This document shows positions 9,227 through 20,097 of a DNA stretch of 64,000 nucleotides, piece by piece; position 1 is the first letter of the stretch; each line of letters begins with the position of its first letter. A program made the translations under genes and the position numbers. Origin of the DNA: Lysobacterales bacterium (GTDB taxonomy: Bacteria > Pseudomonadota > Gammaproteobacteria > Xanthomonadales > Xanthomonadaceae); NCBI GenBank assembly GCA_038235185.1, contig JBBSUF010000001.1, forward strand, positions 947-64,946. Reading direction: 5' to 3'. The notes below the pieces were generated by a model. The model was not told the DNA's origin. It saw only the letters and a list, made by a program, of their open reading frames with translations, and made no database searches.

Positions 9227-10556
9227 AGTTGTCCTGCGTCTGCGCGATGTCTGCAAATCCTTTCCCGCGTTCGACAAGCCCTACCAGCGACTGTTACAGC
9301 TGTTTTCTCACGGCAACCGCGAGAGCGGCCAGTTCCAGGCGCTACGCGGCGTCGACCTAGTGGTGCGTCGTGGCGAAGCAGTCGGATTGATTGGCAGCAA
9401 TGGTTCTGGTAAGTCAACGTTGTTGCAAATCATCTGTGGAATCCTGCAGCCCACCAGCGGCACAGTCGAAGCCACCGCGCGCATTGCCGCCCTGCTGGAA
9501 TTGGGCGCCGGATTCAACCCGGAATTTACCGGTCGGGAAAACATTCGGCTCAACGGCAGCCTGCATGGACTCAGTGCCACGGATATCAACCAGCGGATGG
9601 ATGAGATCCTTGCGTTTGCTGAGATCGGTGATTATGTGGATCACCCGGTCAAGACGTATTCCAGTGGCATGTTCGTGCGCTTGGCATTCGCCGTGGCGGT
9701 ACACACCAATCCTGACGTGTTGATCGTAGACGAAGCCCTGGCAGTCGGAGATATCTACTTCCAGCGCAAATGCTACAAGCGCATTGCCGTGATGCGGCAA
9801 CAGGGATGCACGCTGCTCTTCGTGACACACTCGGTCGATCTGCTGCTTCAGATGTGCGATCGCGCCGTCCTGCTGGACCATGGCCGGATCATTTTTGATG
9901 GTGATGCAAAGGCGACCGTCGCCGAATACATGAAGCGCCTGTTTGGAGCGCGATCGGCGATCGACGAGCATGAGGCAGCGCATGTGGATTGCGCCCCGGT
10001 CCCAGTCGACGAAATGATGCAATTGCGGAGTGGTGGCCACGCCGATCAGTTCGCATTGCGCAGCGGCTACAACCGGAACGAAACACGCGTGGGCGATGGG
10101 CGGGCCGTGACCTGCGATTATCTTGTGCGGAGTTCACAGGGCGATGGCCCGACCCTTCTGGCCCGCGAACCTTTCGCCATCTGGGTGCGTTATGCATTTT
10201 CCGCGGATGTCGAACGGCTTGTGTTCGGCCTTCGAGTCTGTACGGTCGGTGGTCTGGCTGTTTACAGCTCCAACACGTTCGTGGCTGGAGACCGGTTGTT
10301 CGATTGCCGTGCCGGTGACGTAGTGATCGCAGAGTTCCGCTTGCGCTGTGCGTTGTTGCCGGGCCAGTACTTCGTGACGCTGGGGGTTTCGTGCTTTGAC
10401 ATGCTTGGCAGGGAAATCGTCGCGCTGGATCGGCGCATGGAGGCGGTCACGCTGACCGTGCTCGGCGGGCGGACCCATGCGGAAGGCATCGCTGACATGG
10501 AGGCGGACATCATCATCCAGGATGCCGTCAGCGGTGCTGAGAGATCGGCATCGTGA
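9216..10556 (+). CDS. wzt: Polysaccharide ABC transporter ATPase Wzt with C-terminal carbohydrate-binding domain
   Basis: [29 protein letters not shown]; C-terminal extension with [11 protein letters not shown]. Confidence 0.93.
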   Translation: MSSEVVLRLRDVCKSFPAFDKPYQRLLQLFSHGNRESGQFQALRGVDLVVRRGEAVGLIGSNGSGKSTLLQIICGILQPTSGTVEATARIAALLELGAGFNPEFTGRENIRLNGSLHGLSATDINQRMDEILAFAEIGDYVDHPVKTYSSGMFVRLAFAVAVHTNPDVLIVDEALAVGDIYFQRKCYKRIAVMRQQGCTLLFVTHSVDLLLQMCDRAVLLDHGRIIFDGDAKATVAEYMKRLFGARSAIDEHEAAHVDCAPVPVDEMMQLRSGGHADQFALRSGYNRNETRVGDGRAVTCDYLVRSSQGDGPTLLAREPFAIWVRYAFSADVERLVFGLRVCTVGGLAVYSSNTFVAGDRLFDCRAGDVVIAEFRLRCALLPGQYFVTLGVSCFDMLGREIVALDRRMEAVTLTVLGGRTHAEGIADMEADIIIQDAVSGAERSAS

Positions 10557-13500
10557 AGCTGCGCAACAATGAGCGGTTGTTGGTGTCATCCCCTAACGGT
10601 GGAGGCGTGTTCCTGCTGGCCGATGGGCAGGTCCAGCGCTTGTCCCATGTTGATACCACTGGCATCGCGCAGACTCCGACCGGCCTGCTGTGGGCGCGAC
10701 AGTCAGACGGCGGAAATCGGGTGCGGCGGATCTCAGCTGCGCATTGGAATTCGTCGATACTCCATGACGGCCCTCTGGACCTGCATGACCTGTTGTGGCA
10801 TGACGGGTTCATCTATGCGGTCAGCACAGAATGCAACGCAGTATTGAAGCTGGACGAATCCCTGCGCGAACTCCAGCGCTGGACGCTGTCGGATATCCCA
10901 GACTCACTGCACGTGAATTCGATCTGCTTTCTTCATGGGCGTCTTGTCGCCTCGATTTTCGGTCGATTCCAGCAGCATCGCGGCTACAAGAACGCGACCC
11001 GCGGTGCCGGACAAGTACTGGATGTTGTCAGCGGAAGCGTATTGGTGACCGGGTTGTCGCAGCCACATTCGCTCAAGGTGCAAGATGGCCGGCTGTGGCT
11101 TTGCGATTCAGAAGCCCACAGGTTGCGGGTGTTCGAAAACGGCAAGCAGGTTGAGGAGGTCGACCTGTCGGGTTATGTGCGGGGGTTGGCCTTCGGTCGG
11201 GAGGATATTTACGTCGGGTTGAGCCTTTCGCGTAATGACGCCAGCGCCGAGGGGGGCAGTGCGAGCATCGTGGTGCTCGATCACGCCACGTTGATGCGGC
11301 GGGGCAGCATTGATATACCCGCCAAGGAAATCTACGACGTCTGCGTGCTGGAGGGGGACAGTACGAGGTTGAATGACGCTGCGCGTTCCGAGGCAATGGC
11401 CGAGGTCGAATGGCTACTGGGTCAGCGCGCAGTCGCCGATGCGCAATCGCGAACACGCGACGCGTGGGCACTGCAGCTGGATTCAGAACTGCATACATTG
11501 CGCCAACAGCACGCGCAGACGGTGGGCCATCACGACGAGACGGTCGCTTGGGCGAAGTCGATCGAGTCGGACTTGGCACGTTCCAACGCGGCGTTGCTCA
11601 GCACGCAGGCGGCACACGGCGACACAGTCGAATGGGCCAAATCTCTCGAATCCGACCTTCAAAGTTCGAATGCGGCACTCGCCCAGGCGCAGGCGGCACA
11701 TGCCGAAGCAATCACCTGGGCGCAGTCGTTGCAGGCAGAGAATGATATCGACCGTGAGAATTTCCGCACGCTGCAGATCGACCATGCGGAAAAATCTGCA
11801 TGGGCGCTGCGCTTGAATGCCGAGGTTCAGTCCTTGCGCCAGCACGCCACGTTGCGCGAAGCCTATGCGTTGGATCTGCGCCAACGCATGGAGGCCGTGC
11901 TGGCGTCGCGTTCGTGGCGGATCACCCAGCCTCTGCGTTGGTTCACCAGTCGGATGCGGGGGACTAACGAAAGCGTGACCCTCCCATTCGAGCATCGGGT
12001 CACGCCCGCGCTTCCAGAATCGTCTAACGATGAGAGCGCGGTGCTGGAGGGTCTCGCGTTTCCGGTTGTCGACAAGCCCGTGGTTTCGATCGTCATCCCG
12101 ACTTACGGCAAGCTCGACTACACAGCCAGCTGCCTGCACTCGATCATCGCTGCAGGCGCGGCGGTGAGCATTGAAGTGCTGGTGCTGGAGGATGCATCCG
12201 GCGACGTGGACATGCAGCACCTGCGTGCAATTCCCGGCCTGCGCTATCACGAGAACCCGGTGAATCTCGGCTTCCTGCTGTCGTGCAACCAGGCACTGAC
12301 GATGGCAAAAGGGGAGTACGTCTGCTTCCTCAACAACGACACCGTGGTCACCCCGGGCTGGCTGAACGCGCTGCTCGATGTGATCTTGCGTTTCCCGGAT
12401 TGCGGCATGGTCGGCTCCAAGCTGGTGTATCCCGATGGGCGCCTGCAAGAAGCTGGTGGCATCGTCTGGGCAGACGCAAGCGCGTGGAATTTCGGACGGC
12501 TCGACGATCCCGGCCAGCCCGCCTACAACTACGTGCACGAGGCGGACTACATTTCCGGAGCGTCGCTGCTGCTGCGCACCGATACGTTTCGCGCGCTCGG
12601 CGGATTCGATGAGTGTTATGTGCCGGCGTACTGCGAGGACACCGATCTTGCCTTCCGCATCCGCGCGATGGGTCAGAAGGTCTACCTGCAGCCGGCCTCG
12701 GTCGTCATCCATCACGAGGGCGTTTCGCACGGAACCGATACCGGCTCGGGCATCAAGGGCTACCAGGTCGCGAACCAGCAGAAGTTCCGGGAACGGTGGG
12801 CCGAGGAATTGACTCGCGCGCATTTCGACAACGCCGAACATGTCTTCCTGGCGCGTGATCGCTCGCAATTGAAAAAAACCGTGCTGGTCATCGACCACTA
12901 CGTGCCCCAGCCCGACCGCGATGCCGGTTCACGGGCGATGTCGCAGCTGATGTGCGTCCTCCAGCGGCAGGGCATGTCGGTGAAATTCTGGCCGCAGAAC
13001 CTGCATCACGATCCCGTGTATGCACCGCTGTTGCAGCAACAGGGCATTGAAGTCTTCCACGGCAACCAGTACGCCGGCCGCTTCGAGGAATGGATCGCGG
13101 ACAACGGCAAGTATCTGGACTACGTGGTGATGAGCCGCCCGCATATCTCGGTCGAGTTCATCGACGCGGTGCGGCGACATAGCGCTGCGAAAATCATCTA
13201 TTACGGACACGACATCCACCACCTGCGCCTGCGCGAGCAGATGAAGGTGGACGCAGATCCGACCGTTGTTGCCGAAGCGGGCCGCTACCAGAAGCTTGAG
13301 GAGCAGATGTGGGCCAAGTCGGACCTGATCCTATACCCGGCCGACGGTGAGACTTACGTTGTGCGGGAATGGTTGCTGCGAAACGGTAGCAAGGCGTTGG
13401 CTGAAACCATCCCGCTGTATGCGTATGACAGCGTTGCCGATGCGCCGGCGGCCAACCTGCATGAGCGTCGCGACCTGCTGTTTGTCGCCGGCTTCGCGCA

Positions 13501-14035
13501 CACGCCCAACGCGGACGGCGCGGCGTGGTTCGTGCGTGAAGTCCTGCCGAAAGTGCATCGGGCATATCCTGACATCCATCTCTATCTGGTGGGTTCCCAC
13601 CCCAATGCAACAGTCCTGGATCTCGCCGGGCCCGGTATCACCGTCACCGGCTACGTCAGCGAGGAAGCGCTCGCTGACTACTACAAACGTGCTCGGGTGG
13701 TGGTGGCGCCGTTGCGATATGGCGGCGGGATGAAGGGAAAAATACTGGAGGCCATGCGCTTTGGCGTGCCGTGTGTCACATCCGAGGCGGGGGCGCAGGG
13801 GTTGGTGGATGCGCGGGGATTCTTGGCCGCTACTGACGAGGAAGACGATTTCGCGCAGCAAGTGACAGACTTACTTCGCGACGATGACAAATGGGCCCGC
13901 ATCTCGTCGCAAGCTCAAGAGTTCATTGAAGCGCGCTTCAGTGCAGCCGCTGTCTGGAGCGTACTTTCGACGTCAGTTGATCCTGCTCCGTACGTCAATG
14001 TTGCGACCCGATGCTTAAAGATCGAATCCAGGTAA
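10553..14035 (+). CDS. Multidomain glycosyltransferase: DUF4915-like beta-propeller + coiled coil + GT2 + GT4
   Basis: N-term DLHDL, HVNSIC, GLSQPHS, GYVRGL, EIYDV; 28-aa repeats; [11 protein letters not shown]; GT2 [18 protein letters not shown]; GT4 [30 protein letters not shown]. Confidence 0.88.
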   Translation: MKLRNNERLLVSSPNGGGVFLLADGQVQRLSHVDTTGIAQTPTGLLWARQSDGGNRVRRISAAHWNSSILHDGPLDLHDLLWHDGFIYAVSTECNAVLKLDESLRELQRWTLSDIPDSLHVNSICFLHGRLVASIFGRFQQHRGYKNATRGAGQVLDVVSGSVLVTGLSQPHSLKVQDGRLWLCDSEAHRLRVFENGKQVEEVDLSGYVRGLAFGREDIYVGLSLSRNDASAEGGSASIVVLDHATLMRRGSIDIPAKEIYDVCVLEGDSTRLNDAARSEAMAEVEWLLGQRAVADAQSRTRDAWALQLDSELHTLRQQHAQTVGHHDETVAWAKSIESDLARSNAALLSTQAAHGDTVEWAKSLESDLQSSNAALAQAQAAHAEAITWAQSLQAENDIDRENFRTLQIDHAEKSAWALRLNAEVQSLRQHATLREAYALDLRQRMEAVLASRSWRITQPLRWFTSRMRGTNESVTLPFEHRVTPALPESSNDESAVLEGLAFPVVDKPVVSIVIPTYGKLDYTASCLHSIIAAGAAVSIEVLVLEDASGDVDMQHLRAIPGLRYHENPVNLGFLLSCNQALTMAKGEYVCFLNNDTVVTPGWLNALLDVILRFPDCGMVGSKLVYPDGRLQEAGGIVWADASAWNFGRLDDPGQPAYNYVHEADYISGASLLLRTDTFRALGGFDECYVPAYCEDTDLAFRIRAMGQKVYLQPASVVIHHEGVSHGTDTGSGIKGYQVANQQKFRERWAEELTRAHFDNAEHVFLARDRSQLKKTVLVIDHYVPQPDRDAGSRAMSQLMCVLQRQGMSVKFWPQNLHHDPVYAPLLQQQGIEVFHGNQYAGRFEEWIADNGKYLDYVVMSRPHISVEFIDAVRRHSAAKIIYYGHDIHHLRLREQMKVDADPTVVAEAGRYQKLEEQMWAKSDLILYPADGETYVVREWLLRNGSKALAETIPLYAYDSVADAPAANLHERRDLLFVAGFAHTPNADGAAWFVREVLPKVHRAYPDIHLYLVGSHPNATVLDLAGPGITVTGYVSEEALADYYKRARVVVAPLRYGGGMKGKILEAMRFGVPCVTSEAGAQGLVDARGFLAATDEEDDFAQQVTDLLRDDDKWARISSQAQEFIEARFSAAAVWSVLSTSVDPAPYVNVATRCLKIESR
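11447..11866 (+). repeat. Five degenerate in-frame 84-bp (28-aa) coiled-coil repeats
   Basis: Trp codons at 11465, 11549, 11633, 11717, 11801 (exact 84-bp period); units like [28 protein letters not shown]. Confidence 0.85.
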
Positions 14036-14057
14036 ATCAATAACACCCGCTGTGGGA

Positions 14058-15056
14058 CTAGACATCGCTTTTTCGGACTGCAGCCTCGGGTGACAAGCCG
14101 CGTGCGTAACGACGCTCAGGAGGTTCTCCTGCAGTCATTACCGCCATCATGTGCGTCGGGGTCAGAGTGCCGTCGCGAAAGCCTTGTTCGTCGGCTTCGT
14201 GCACTCGATCGATAAACCTTCGGTCCCATTTTCCCTTGGCATCAAAATGATGGCCAAAGCATCGGTCGACGAACGGATCAACGACGTTGCCGAAAGCAGC
14301 GAAAACATAAAAATTGAATCGCTCGAGAAGCAGTGGAAGCACGTCCTGCGCGCGGATTCCTTCAAAACCCTCATCCGAGCAATCCCAGTTTTCGTATGTC
14401 TCCTCGTAGCGGTTCAGCAATAAATTCTGGCGGTAATCCATTGGGAGTTCCGACCAGAAGCGTTGCACCCGTTCAAATGCTTCCGGCCATCGTTGGTGGC
14501 CGTTGCGGCCAATCATGTCGCTCGTGACAAAGTAAGCCGCCGGCCCAAGCGACAGCTTGAGTTCGTCGAAAAGGTGCTCTAGATGGAGTACATGGTGGAG
14601 GGATTGATTCGCCATCGCGCCATCGTAGGTGCGATTCGCGCCCCATTCATTGAAGTCGCCCTCAGTGAAGGAAAGGTAGTCGCCAACTCCCTCCGCGAGG
14701 GCGAGGTCGCGGCCCCGAGCGAGCATGACTGGGCTCAGGTCGAGGCACTCAATCGTGAAGTTGGACAGCCCCCTGGCCAACAGTCGCTGCGCCACGCGCA
14801 CCTCGGTGTCGCAATTACCGGAGCCGATACTCAGGAACACCGGAGCCGCAGTCGCGAGGCTACGCTGGGAAGACTCGTGCAGGAACTTGGCAAATAGTTC
14901 GTCAGGATGATTGAACCCCACCTCCTCCAACATCGGCCGCACATAGTTATGTGACCAATAGTGAAAAATTTCAGGCAGCGCATGGACATCGAGATCCGCG
15001 GCGAATCGGGTCTTCTCCGCTTCGAGCTTTTCTTGGTAATCAGATTGATCGCTCAT
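14058..15056 (-). CDS. Class I SAM-dependent methyltransferase
   Basis: FLSIGSGNC (motif I variant), GDFN, NQSLHHV, EGIRAQD. Confidence 0.8.
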   Translation of the reverse strand: MSDQSDYQEKLEAEKTRFAADLDVHALPEIFHYWSHNYVRPMLEEVGFNHPDELFAKFLHESSQRSLATAAPVFLSIGSGNCDTEVRVAQRLLARGLSNFTIECLDLSPVMLARGRDLALAEGVGDYLSFTEGDFNEWGANRTYDGAMANQSLHHVLHLEHLFDELKLSLGPAAYFVTSDMIGRNGHQRWPEAFERVQRFWSELPMDYRQNLLLNRYEETYENWDCSDEGFEGIRAQDVLPLLLERFNFYVFAAFGNVVDPFVDRCFGHHFDAKGKWDRRFIDRVHEADEQGFRDGTLTPTHMMAVMTAGEPPERRYARGLSPEAAVRKSDV

Positions 15057-15083
15057 TGAGAAATACTCTGATTTGGTTCTTTT

Positions 15084-17108
15084 TCAAGGGGCTGGGATGA
15101 CAATGCGCGGCCGCGCAAATGCAATCCAATGGCCGCTAGAGTTTCCGCTGGGGGAGTCCGCCGCAAAGATTACAGATAATCTCTTGCCTGCGAACTGGGC
15201 GAGCGACAGAGAAACCGGTACGTAGCGCGGCTTGCCATCCACATCAGGAGGTACGAGGGCATTCGCCCACGCCACAGCAGGTTCTCCGGTTGAACCCCGC
15301 ATGCTTACCAGCGCACGGGCACGCGTCTGGCTTGGATAAATCATGCCAACGTCGAAACGCAACGTGGCGTTAGCCGGCACGTCTATCCCGTCATACCGAT
15401 ACGAAAATCCCGACACCACGGTCAACGTGTCCCTGACTCCCTGTTCCGACGCCCACGGCATTGCGAGCACGCCGCGTCCGGTTGGAGTTGAGACGTGGCG
15501 TGAATCGCTGATGTGGCCTTCGTTGAAGCGCTTGATGAAATCGTATTGGGTCTCGCCCTCGGGGAGGATCACCTGCGCTGTCGGTTTGGGCGTGAGATCG
15601 ACGAACCGGTTCTGCGCATCGGGACCGTAGATGTGCGTATCTGAAGCCAGGCCCGCAGCGACTGCCGCATCCACCGAAACAAAACACTGCGTGCTGCGCC
15701 CACGGCCCCCGTAGACGCGGAAAAACCCGCCGTTATGGAGCGTCCAGGAACATTGGTCCGCGCCAGCGAGCAAATCCACGCCACCATGCTGGCTGGGATA
15801 ACCATCCACGATGTCATGCTTGACCTGAGCGGCCAGGCGCGGCGACGAGATGAAAAAGATTCGGTCGAAGTACCGCATGATTGCGGTGTCGAGTCCCAGC
15901 GATGCCAGGCATACAACCACGGCCAGGCCAACCCGGAATCGGCGCAACTCGCCAATTGGCCCGGCAGCCCAGGCAACCGCCAGCATTCCAATCGTGAACG
16001 GGGCAAGCAGCCAGCGCTGCTCAAGGCGGACGGTCAACAGGCTTGGCACCAGCAAAGCCCCGGCGAGTGCAAGCAGCAACAAAGGCCATCGCAGGCGTGC
16101 GAATGCCGACTCTTGGGGCGGCTGCGTTCGGGCAAGTGCATCGCGCGTACCGAGCGCGAGCACGCCGAGCCAGCACAACGAGAACAGCAGCGCCAGGTAC
16201 CACGCAAGGCGCCACGCATGCGACACGCTGGCACCGACCAGGTAATCGGGTCCGGTGTTGAAGCCGAACACCGAGCGGATGGCTTCGGTGGCGTGCTCAA
16301 GGATCAACGGGAAGCAGAGATCCAGATGCGTGCCGCCAGTGCCGACCAGGAAATAGGCCTTGAGCACGTAGGTCTTGAACGCGATGTAGTACACGGGCAA
16401 CGCCACGCAACCGGCGAGCAGCGCCAGCCAGCGCGCACGCGGCAGCGCACGGATGTTCGGCGACAGCACGAAGACGACTCCCAGCCAGACCGCCGTGACC
16501 ATCGAACGCTCGTGCGAATGCATCGCCAGGAAGGAGAACAGCAATGCCAGCCATGACCAGCGCCAGGCGTTTGCCACGCCGGCATCAGCACGGACCGCCG
16601 AATACACCACGCCCAGGCACAGCGCCAAGGTGAGGCTTTCCACCGGCCCGATCATTTGCGTGACCTGGTACGCGGCGAAACGCGACATCACCACGGCAAG
16701 CGTGATCAGCAGCGCCACCAGCCAGTTACCGCGACTCAGTCGTCGCGCGATGGCGAACACCAGCACGCCGATCACGCCCTGGATCAACACGTTGAGGGCG
16801 AGGAATGCCTGGATGCGATCGCCGAACACATTCATCATCGCGATGACGACACCCGATGCCACCGGCCGGAATCGTTCGTAACAGGTCGTTGTCAGGATTT
16901 CCGCCGCGCGCGTGGCGCACTGGCCGTCCTTGAACAACAGCAGGTAGTCGAGGTCATCGCCGTAAAACACGGCCGGCATCCAGGGCAAGAAGCGCCAGAG
17001 CGCCGCGCACACGGATGCGAGAAACACCAGGATCAGCGAAGTGCGCCGCCACTTGGCGGGATCTGTCACAGATGACGTCGCGCCACGCGCGTCCATGATC
17101 GATGCCAT
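15084..17108 (-). CDS. Polytopic membrane protein, putative GT-C (GtrC/ArnT-like) periplasmic glycosyltransferase with a C-terminal soluble domain
   Basis: About 11-13 hydrophobic segments; FYGDD and RFRPV in the first loop; ATG overlaps the gtrA-like stop (TGATG). Confidence 0.65.
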   Translation of the reverse strand: MASIMDARGATSSVTDPAKWRRTSLILVFLASVCAALWRFLPWMPAVFYGDDLDYLLLFKDGQCATRAAEILTTTCYERFRPVASGVVIAMMNVFGDRIQAFLALNVLIQGVIGVLVFAIARRLSRGNWLVALLITLAVVMSRFAAYQVTQMIGPVESLTLALCLGVVYSAVRADAGVANAWRWSWLALLFSFLAMHSHERSMVTAVWLGVVFVLSPNIRALPRARWLALLAGCVALPVYYIAFKTYVLKAYFLVGTGGTHLDLCFPLILEHATEAIRSVFGFNTGPDYLVGASVSHAWRLAWYLALLFSLCWLGVLALGTRDALARTQPPQESAFARLRWPLLLLALAGALLVPSLLTVRLEQRWLLAPFTIGMLAVAWAAGPIGELRRFRVGLAVVVCLASLGLDTAIMRYFDRIFFISSPRLAAQVKHDIVDGYPSQHGGVDLLAGADQCSWTLHNGGFFRVYGGRGRSTQCFVSVDAAVAAGLASDTHIYGPDAQNRFVDLTPKPTAQVILPEGETQYDFIKRFNEGHISDSRHVSTPTGRGVLAMPWASEQGVRDTLTVVSGFSYRYDGIDVPANATLRFDVGMIYPSQTRARALVSMRGSTGEPAVAWANALVPPDVDGKPRYVPVSLSLAQFAGKRLSVIFAADSPSGNSSGHWIAFARPRIVIPAP

Positions 17109-17545
17109 CACTTGGCTGCCCTTAGCGACCAAAACTTGGCCGTGGTGAAATTGAAGACGACAATCAATGGAATCAGCGCGCATTGCACATAAAAGGCATC
17201 AAAGCCGTAGCGGCGGACCAGGAAGTGCAGCGTCAGCAGGTTGAGCGCAAGTGAAGCCAGGCTGGCCAGGAAGAACTTGCCGAAGCGCGCTTTGAAACGC
17301 AGCTGCTCTTCGGGACGGAACACCCACGAAAAATTCAACACGTAAGAGAACACCATTCCGACCGCCCACGATGCCGTGAGACCGACCAGGTAGTTCACGT
17401 GCAGCAGCTTCACCAGCACGAAAAAGACGATGAAGGTCAGCACGAAGTTCACGCCGCCAACGATAAGGAACTTCGCGGCTTCGATCCTGAAGCGGAGTGA
17501 GGAAGGGTCGCGTAGAGGCGCGACCGGCGCACGATCACGATGCAT
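17108..17545 (-). CDS. GtrA-family Und-P-sugar flippase
   Basis: KFLIVGGVNF, SYVLNFSWVF, NFTTAKFW; four TM helices. Confidence 0.85.
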   Translation of the reverse strand: MHRDRAPVAPLRDPSSLRFRIEAAKFLIVGGVNFVLTFIVFFVLVKLLHVNYLVGLTASWAVGMVFSYVLNFSWVFRPEEQLRFKARFGKFFLASLASLALNLLTLHFLVRRYGFDAFYVQCALIPLIVVFNFTTAKFWSLRAAK

Positions 17546-18377
17546 GCGGTTTCCTGGCGATCACCAGCAGGGTGCCGCCAAACGGGAGCGATACGCCAAG
17601 TTGGATCAGCGCCTCGTCGATGCGCATTAGCTTGTCGAACAACCAGTTCACAGGGCGCGGAAAACCAACTCGTTGCTCGAAGTTCGTGTCGTCCACGCTG
17701 TCGGGGTTTGCTGCCGGACGGTCGAGCAACCGGACCACCGCCATCAGCGGAAACAGTACGAAAAGAAAAGACGTGCGCCGTACCACGGTGAAACCGCGCT
17801 GCTCTAGCTTGTCCACCAGCTCCCGTCGCGTGTACCTCCGCTTGTGCTTGACGATCTGATCGAGCCGACTCCACAGGAACTTGTGCTGCGGCACGGTGAC
17901 GATGAAGTGCCCACCATCGACCAGCATGGCGTGGATGTTGGCAATCGCCGCGACGTCGTCATCGATGTGCTCGATCACGTCAAAGGCGGCGATGATGTCG
18001 AACTTTTCGGGCAGCACCCCTTGCTTGGCGTCGTACTGGATGAACTCAACCTGCGGTAGCCTGCGCTTGGCGAAATGCAGGCCCTTAATGTAGATCTCCG
18101 AACCCGTGATGTGCAGCCCGGTATCGGAGGCCAACTCTTCGATGAACGCACCTGTCCCGCAACCGATTTCGAGGAAACGCGGTTGCGTCAGCGACTTTGC
18201 ATAGCGGCGGATCATCTTCGTCAACAACCGATTCCTGGAGCGGACCCAGAAGCTGTCCTGCTCGAGACGATCCGTGACGTCGAATCCGTCGTCTGGATAA
18301 TCCGTGTACTGCTCGGCTTCTTCCGGGCTGTAGCACTTGATGCCGTCGACCAGCACGTAGTGAAGGGGCGCGCTCAC
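17535..18377 (-). CDS. Class I SAM-dependent methyltransferase
   Basis: FWVRSRN, LEIGCGTG, FDVIEHIDDD, VPQHKFLWS, HKRRY. Confidence 0.85.
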   Translation of the reverse strand: MSAPLHYVLVDGIKCYSPEEAEQYTDYPDDGFDVTDRLEQDSFWVRSRNRLLTKMIRRYAKSLTQPRFLEIGCGTGAFIEELASDTGLHITGSEIYIKGLHFAKRRLPQVEFIQYDAKQGVLPEKFDIIAAFDVIEHIDDDVAAIANIHAMLVDGGHFIVTVPQHKFLWSRLDQIVKHKRRYTRRELVDKLEQRGFTVVRRTSFLFVLFPLMAVVRLLDRPAANPDSVDDTNFEQRVGFPRPVNWLFDKLMRIDEALIQLGVSLPFGGTLLVIARKPHAS

Positions 18378-19354
18378 AGGTATTTTTCCCGGACGATGTA
18401 GTTAGGCTTCTTGCGCACCTCGTCGTAGATGCGCCAGATGTACTCGCCGATGATGCCGAGCATGAACATGATCAGGCCGCCGACGAGCAGCACGACGATC
18501 ATCAACGGCGCCCAGCCGGCAAATGGCGTGTCGCCACGGAGCCAGGCGTAGACGATCGTCAGGCTGTAGAGCAGGCCGGCGGTGGCGGTGACGATGCCTG
18601 CGAGCGAAATGAACCGGATTGGCAGGTATGACGCATCGAGAAAGGCGTCGAGGAAGTTCTTCAGCTTTTTGCGCAAGTTGTATTGCGACTTGCCGATGGT
18701 GCGTTTCAGGCGGACATACGGGATGAAGCTGGTGCGGTAGCCGGTCCACAGCAGGTCGCCCTGGAAGAAACGGTTGCGCACGTCGATTGAATTGAATTCG
18801 TCGAGGGCCTTGCGATCCATCAGCACGAAGTCGAAACCACCAGGTGGGATCTCCGGGATCGCCAGGCGCAATGCACCGTAGGCAAAGCGAGAGAACACCT
18901 TGGCCGACAAGGTGTCGGAGCGATCAGTGCGGTAGCAGACGACGATCTCCGCGCCCTCACACCACTTTGCGACCATCTGCGGAATCAACTCGACGGGATC
19001 CTGCAGGTCGGCCGAGATATTGATCGTCGCCGCGCCCGAGGCCTGCGCCAGTCCGGCCAGCATCGCCGACATCTGCCCGAAGTTTCGGGTAAAGGTGATC
19101 GCCTTGATGCGTTGGTCGTGCTCGCGAAGGTCGAGGATTTCCTGCAGCGATCCATCATCGGAACCGTCGTCCACGAACACGATTTCGTAGTCGTATGAAT
19201 TCAGGCTCTCGGCGAACACGGAGCGAATCTTCTGATAGGTCGGCGTGATCGCACCGGCATTGCGATAGACTGCGACCACGAACGAAATCGTCTGCCGGGC
19301 GGAGACGGGCAATGCTTCGGCTCGCATCGTCGGCGGGATCTGCGTGGTGCTCAC
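18374..19354 (-). CDS. GT2 polyprenol-phosphate glycosyltransferase (GtrB/ArnC-like)
   Basis: VDDGSDDGS, RNFGQ, ADLQDP, two C-terminal TM helices, GIIGEYIWRIYDEVRKKPNY; GTG start overlaps the upstream stop. Confidence 0.9.
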   Translation of the reverse strand: MSTTQIPPTMRAEALPVSARQTISFVVAVYRNAGAITPTYQKIRSVFAESLNSYDYEIVFVDDGSDDGSLQEILDLREHDQRIKAITFTRNFGQMSAMLAGLAQASGAATINISADLQDPVELIPQMVAKWCEGAEIVVCYRTDRSDTLSAKVFSRFAYGALRLAIPEIPPGGFDFVLMDRKALDEFNSIDVRNRFFQGDLLWTGYRTSFIPYVRLKRTIGKSQYNLRKKLKNFLDAFLDASYLPIRFISLAGIVTATAGLLYSLTIVYAWLRGDTPFAGWAPLMIVVLLVGGLIMFMLGIIGEYIWRIYDEVRKKPNYIVREKYL

Positions 19355-20097
19355 GCGGGACCCTTCTGGCACATCAGGAAGATGCTCGAGCACAGGTCTG
19401 GGTATTGCTGGCCGAGCATGTAGCAGCCGTCGAGGTACTCCTGCGAGATGATGTCGGTCTCGAGCAGCCGATCCCATTGGAAGTTGGCCAGCGCCTTGAA
19501 GAAGATGCCGCTGCGATGCACGACATCCAGCCCGGCCAGGGTAGCGTCGCGCTCCAGCGTGTCCAGCGTGTACGTACAACGGTGGCCATGCTCGGCTTCG
19601 GCCGGCGTCACCGCGGCGTTGTGGCTGATCAATCCCATCTTCACTGCGATCTGCCGCGAGGGCGCGTTTGCATTGGGGCAGACCAGGAAGAAGCGTCCGC
19701 CGTCGGCCAGCCATTCGTCGTTGATACGCCTGAGCACGCGTACCGGGTCGTCGATGTGCTCAAGCACATGGGTGAGGATGATGTTGTCGTACTTGCGTGG
19801 GAGCTGCGCCTGCTCGAAGCGTGCGTGTACGAAGGTCGCCTTGTCGCCCAGGCGTTGACGCGACGCCGCCACAGCGTCGCCCGATGCCTCGACGCAGGTG
19901 ACATCGTCGAATCGTGTGACCAAGCGCCGGGTGAAGTCGCCCATGAAGCTTCCCAGCTCCAGTACGCTGCCATCGCGAAAAAATGGCTCGAAGGACCGCA
20001 ACATGTACGGATGCATGACATCGAAGTCGAAGCCATAGGCGTACTGGTGGTCGGCGGTGTCCTTCAACTCCGCGTCGTAGTCACGGGCGTTGTTCAT
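19351..20097 (-). CDS. Class I SAM-dependent methyltransferase
   Basis: VLELGSFMG, THVLEHIDDP, LVCPNANA, HGHRCTY. Confidence 0.85.
   Translation of the reverse strand: MNNARDYDAELKDTADHQYAYGFDFDVMHPYMLRSFEPFFRDGSVLELGSFMGDFTRRLVTRFDDVTCVEASGDAVAASRQRLGDKATFVHARFEQAQLPRKYDNIILTHVLEHIDDPVRVLRRINDEWLADGGRFFLVCPNANAPSRQIAVKMGLISHNAAVTPAEAEHGHRCTYTLDTLERDATLAGLDVVHRSGIFFKALANFQWDRLLETDIISQEYLDGCYMLGQQYPDLCSSIFLMCQKGPA

Noticed and set aside
11483-12898. 471-aa minus-strand ORF
   Set aside because: Antisense shadow of the large glycosyltransferase with no recognisable motifs; typical of high-GC DNA
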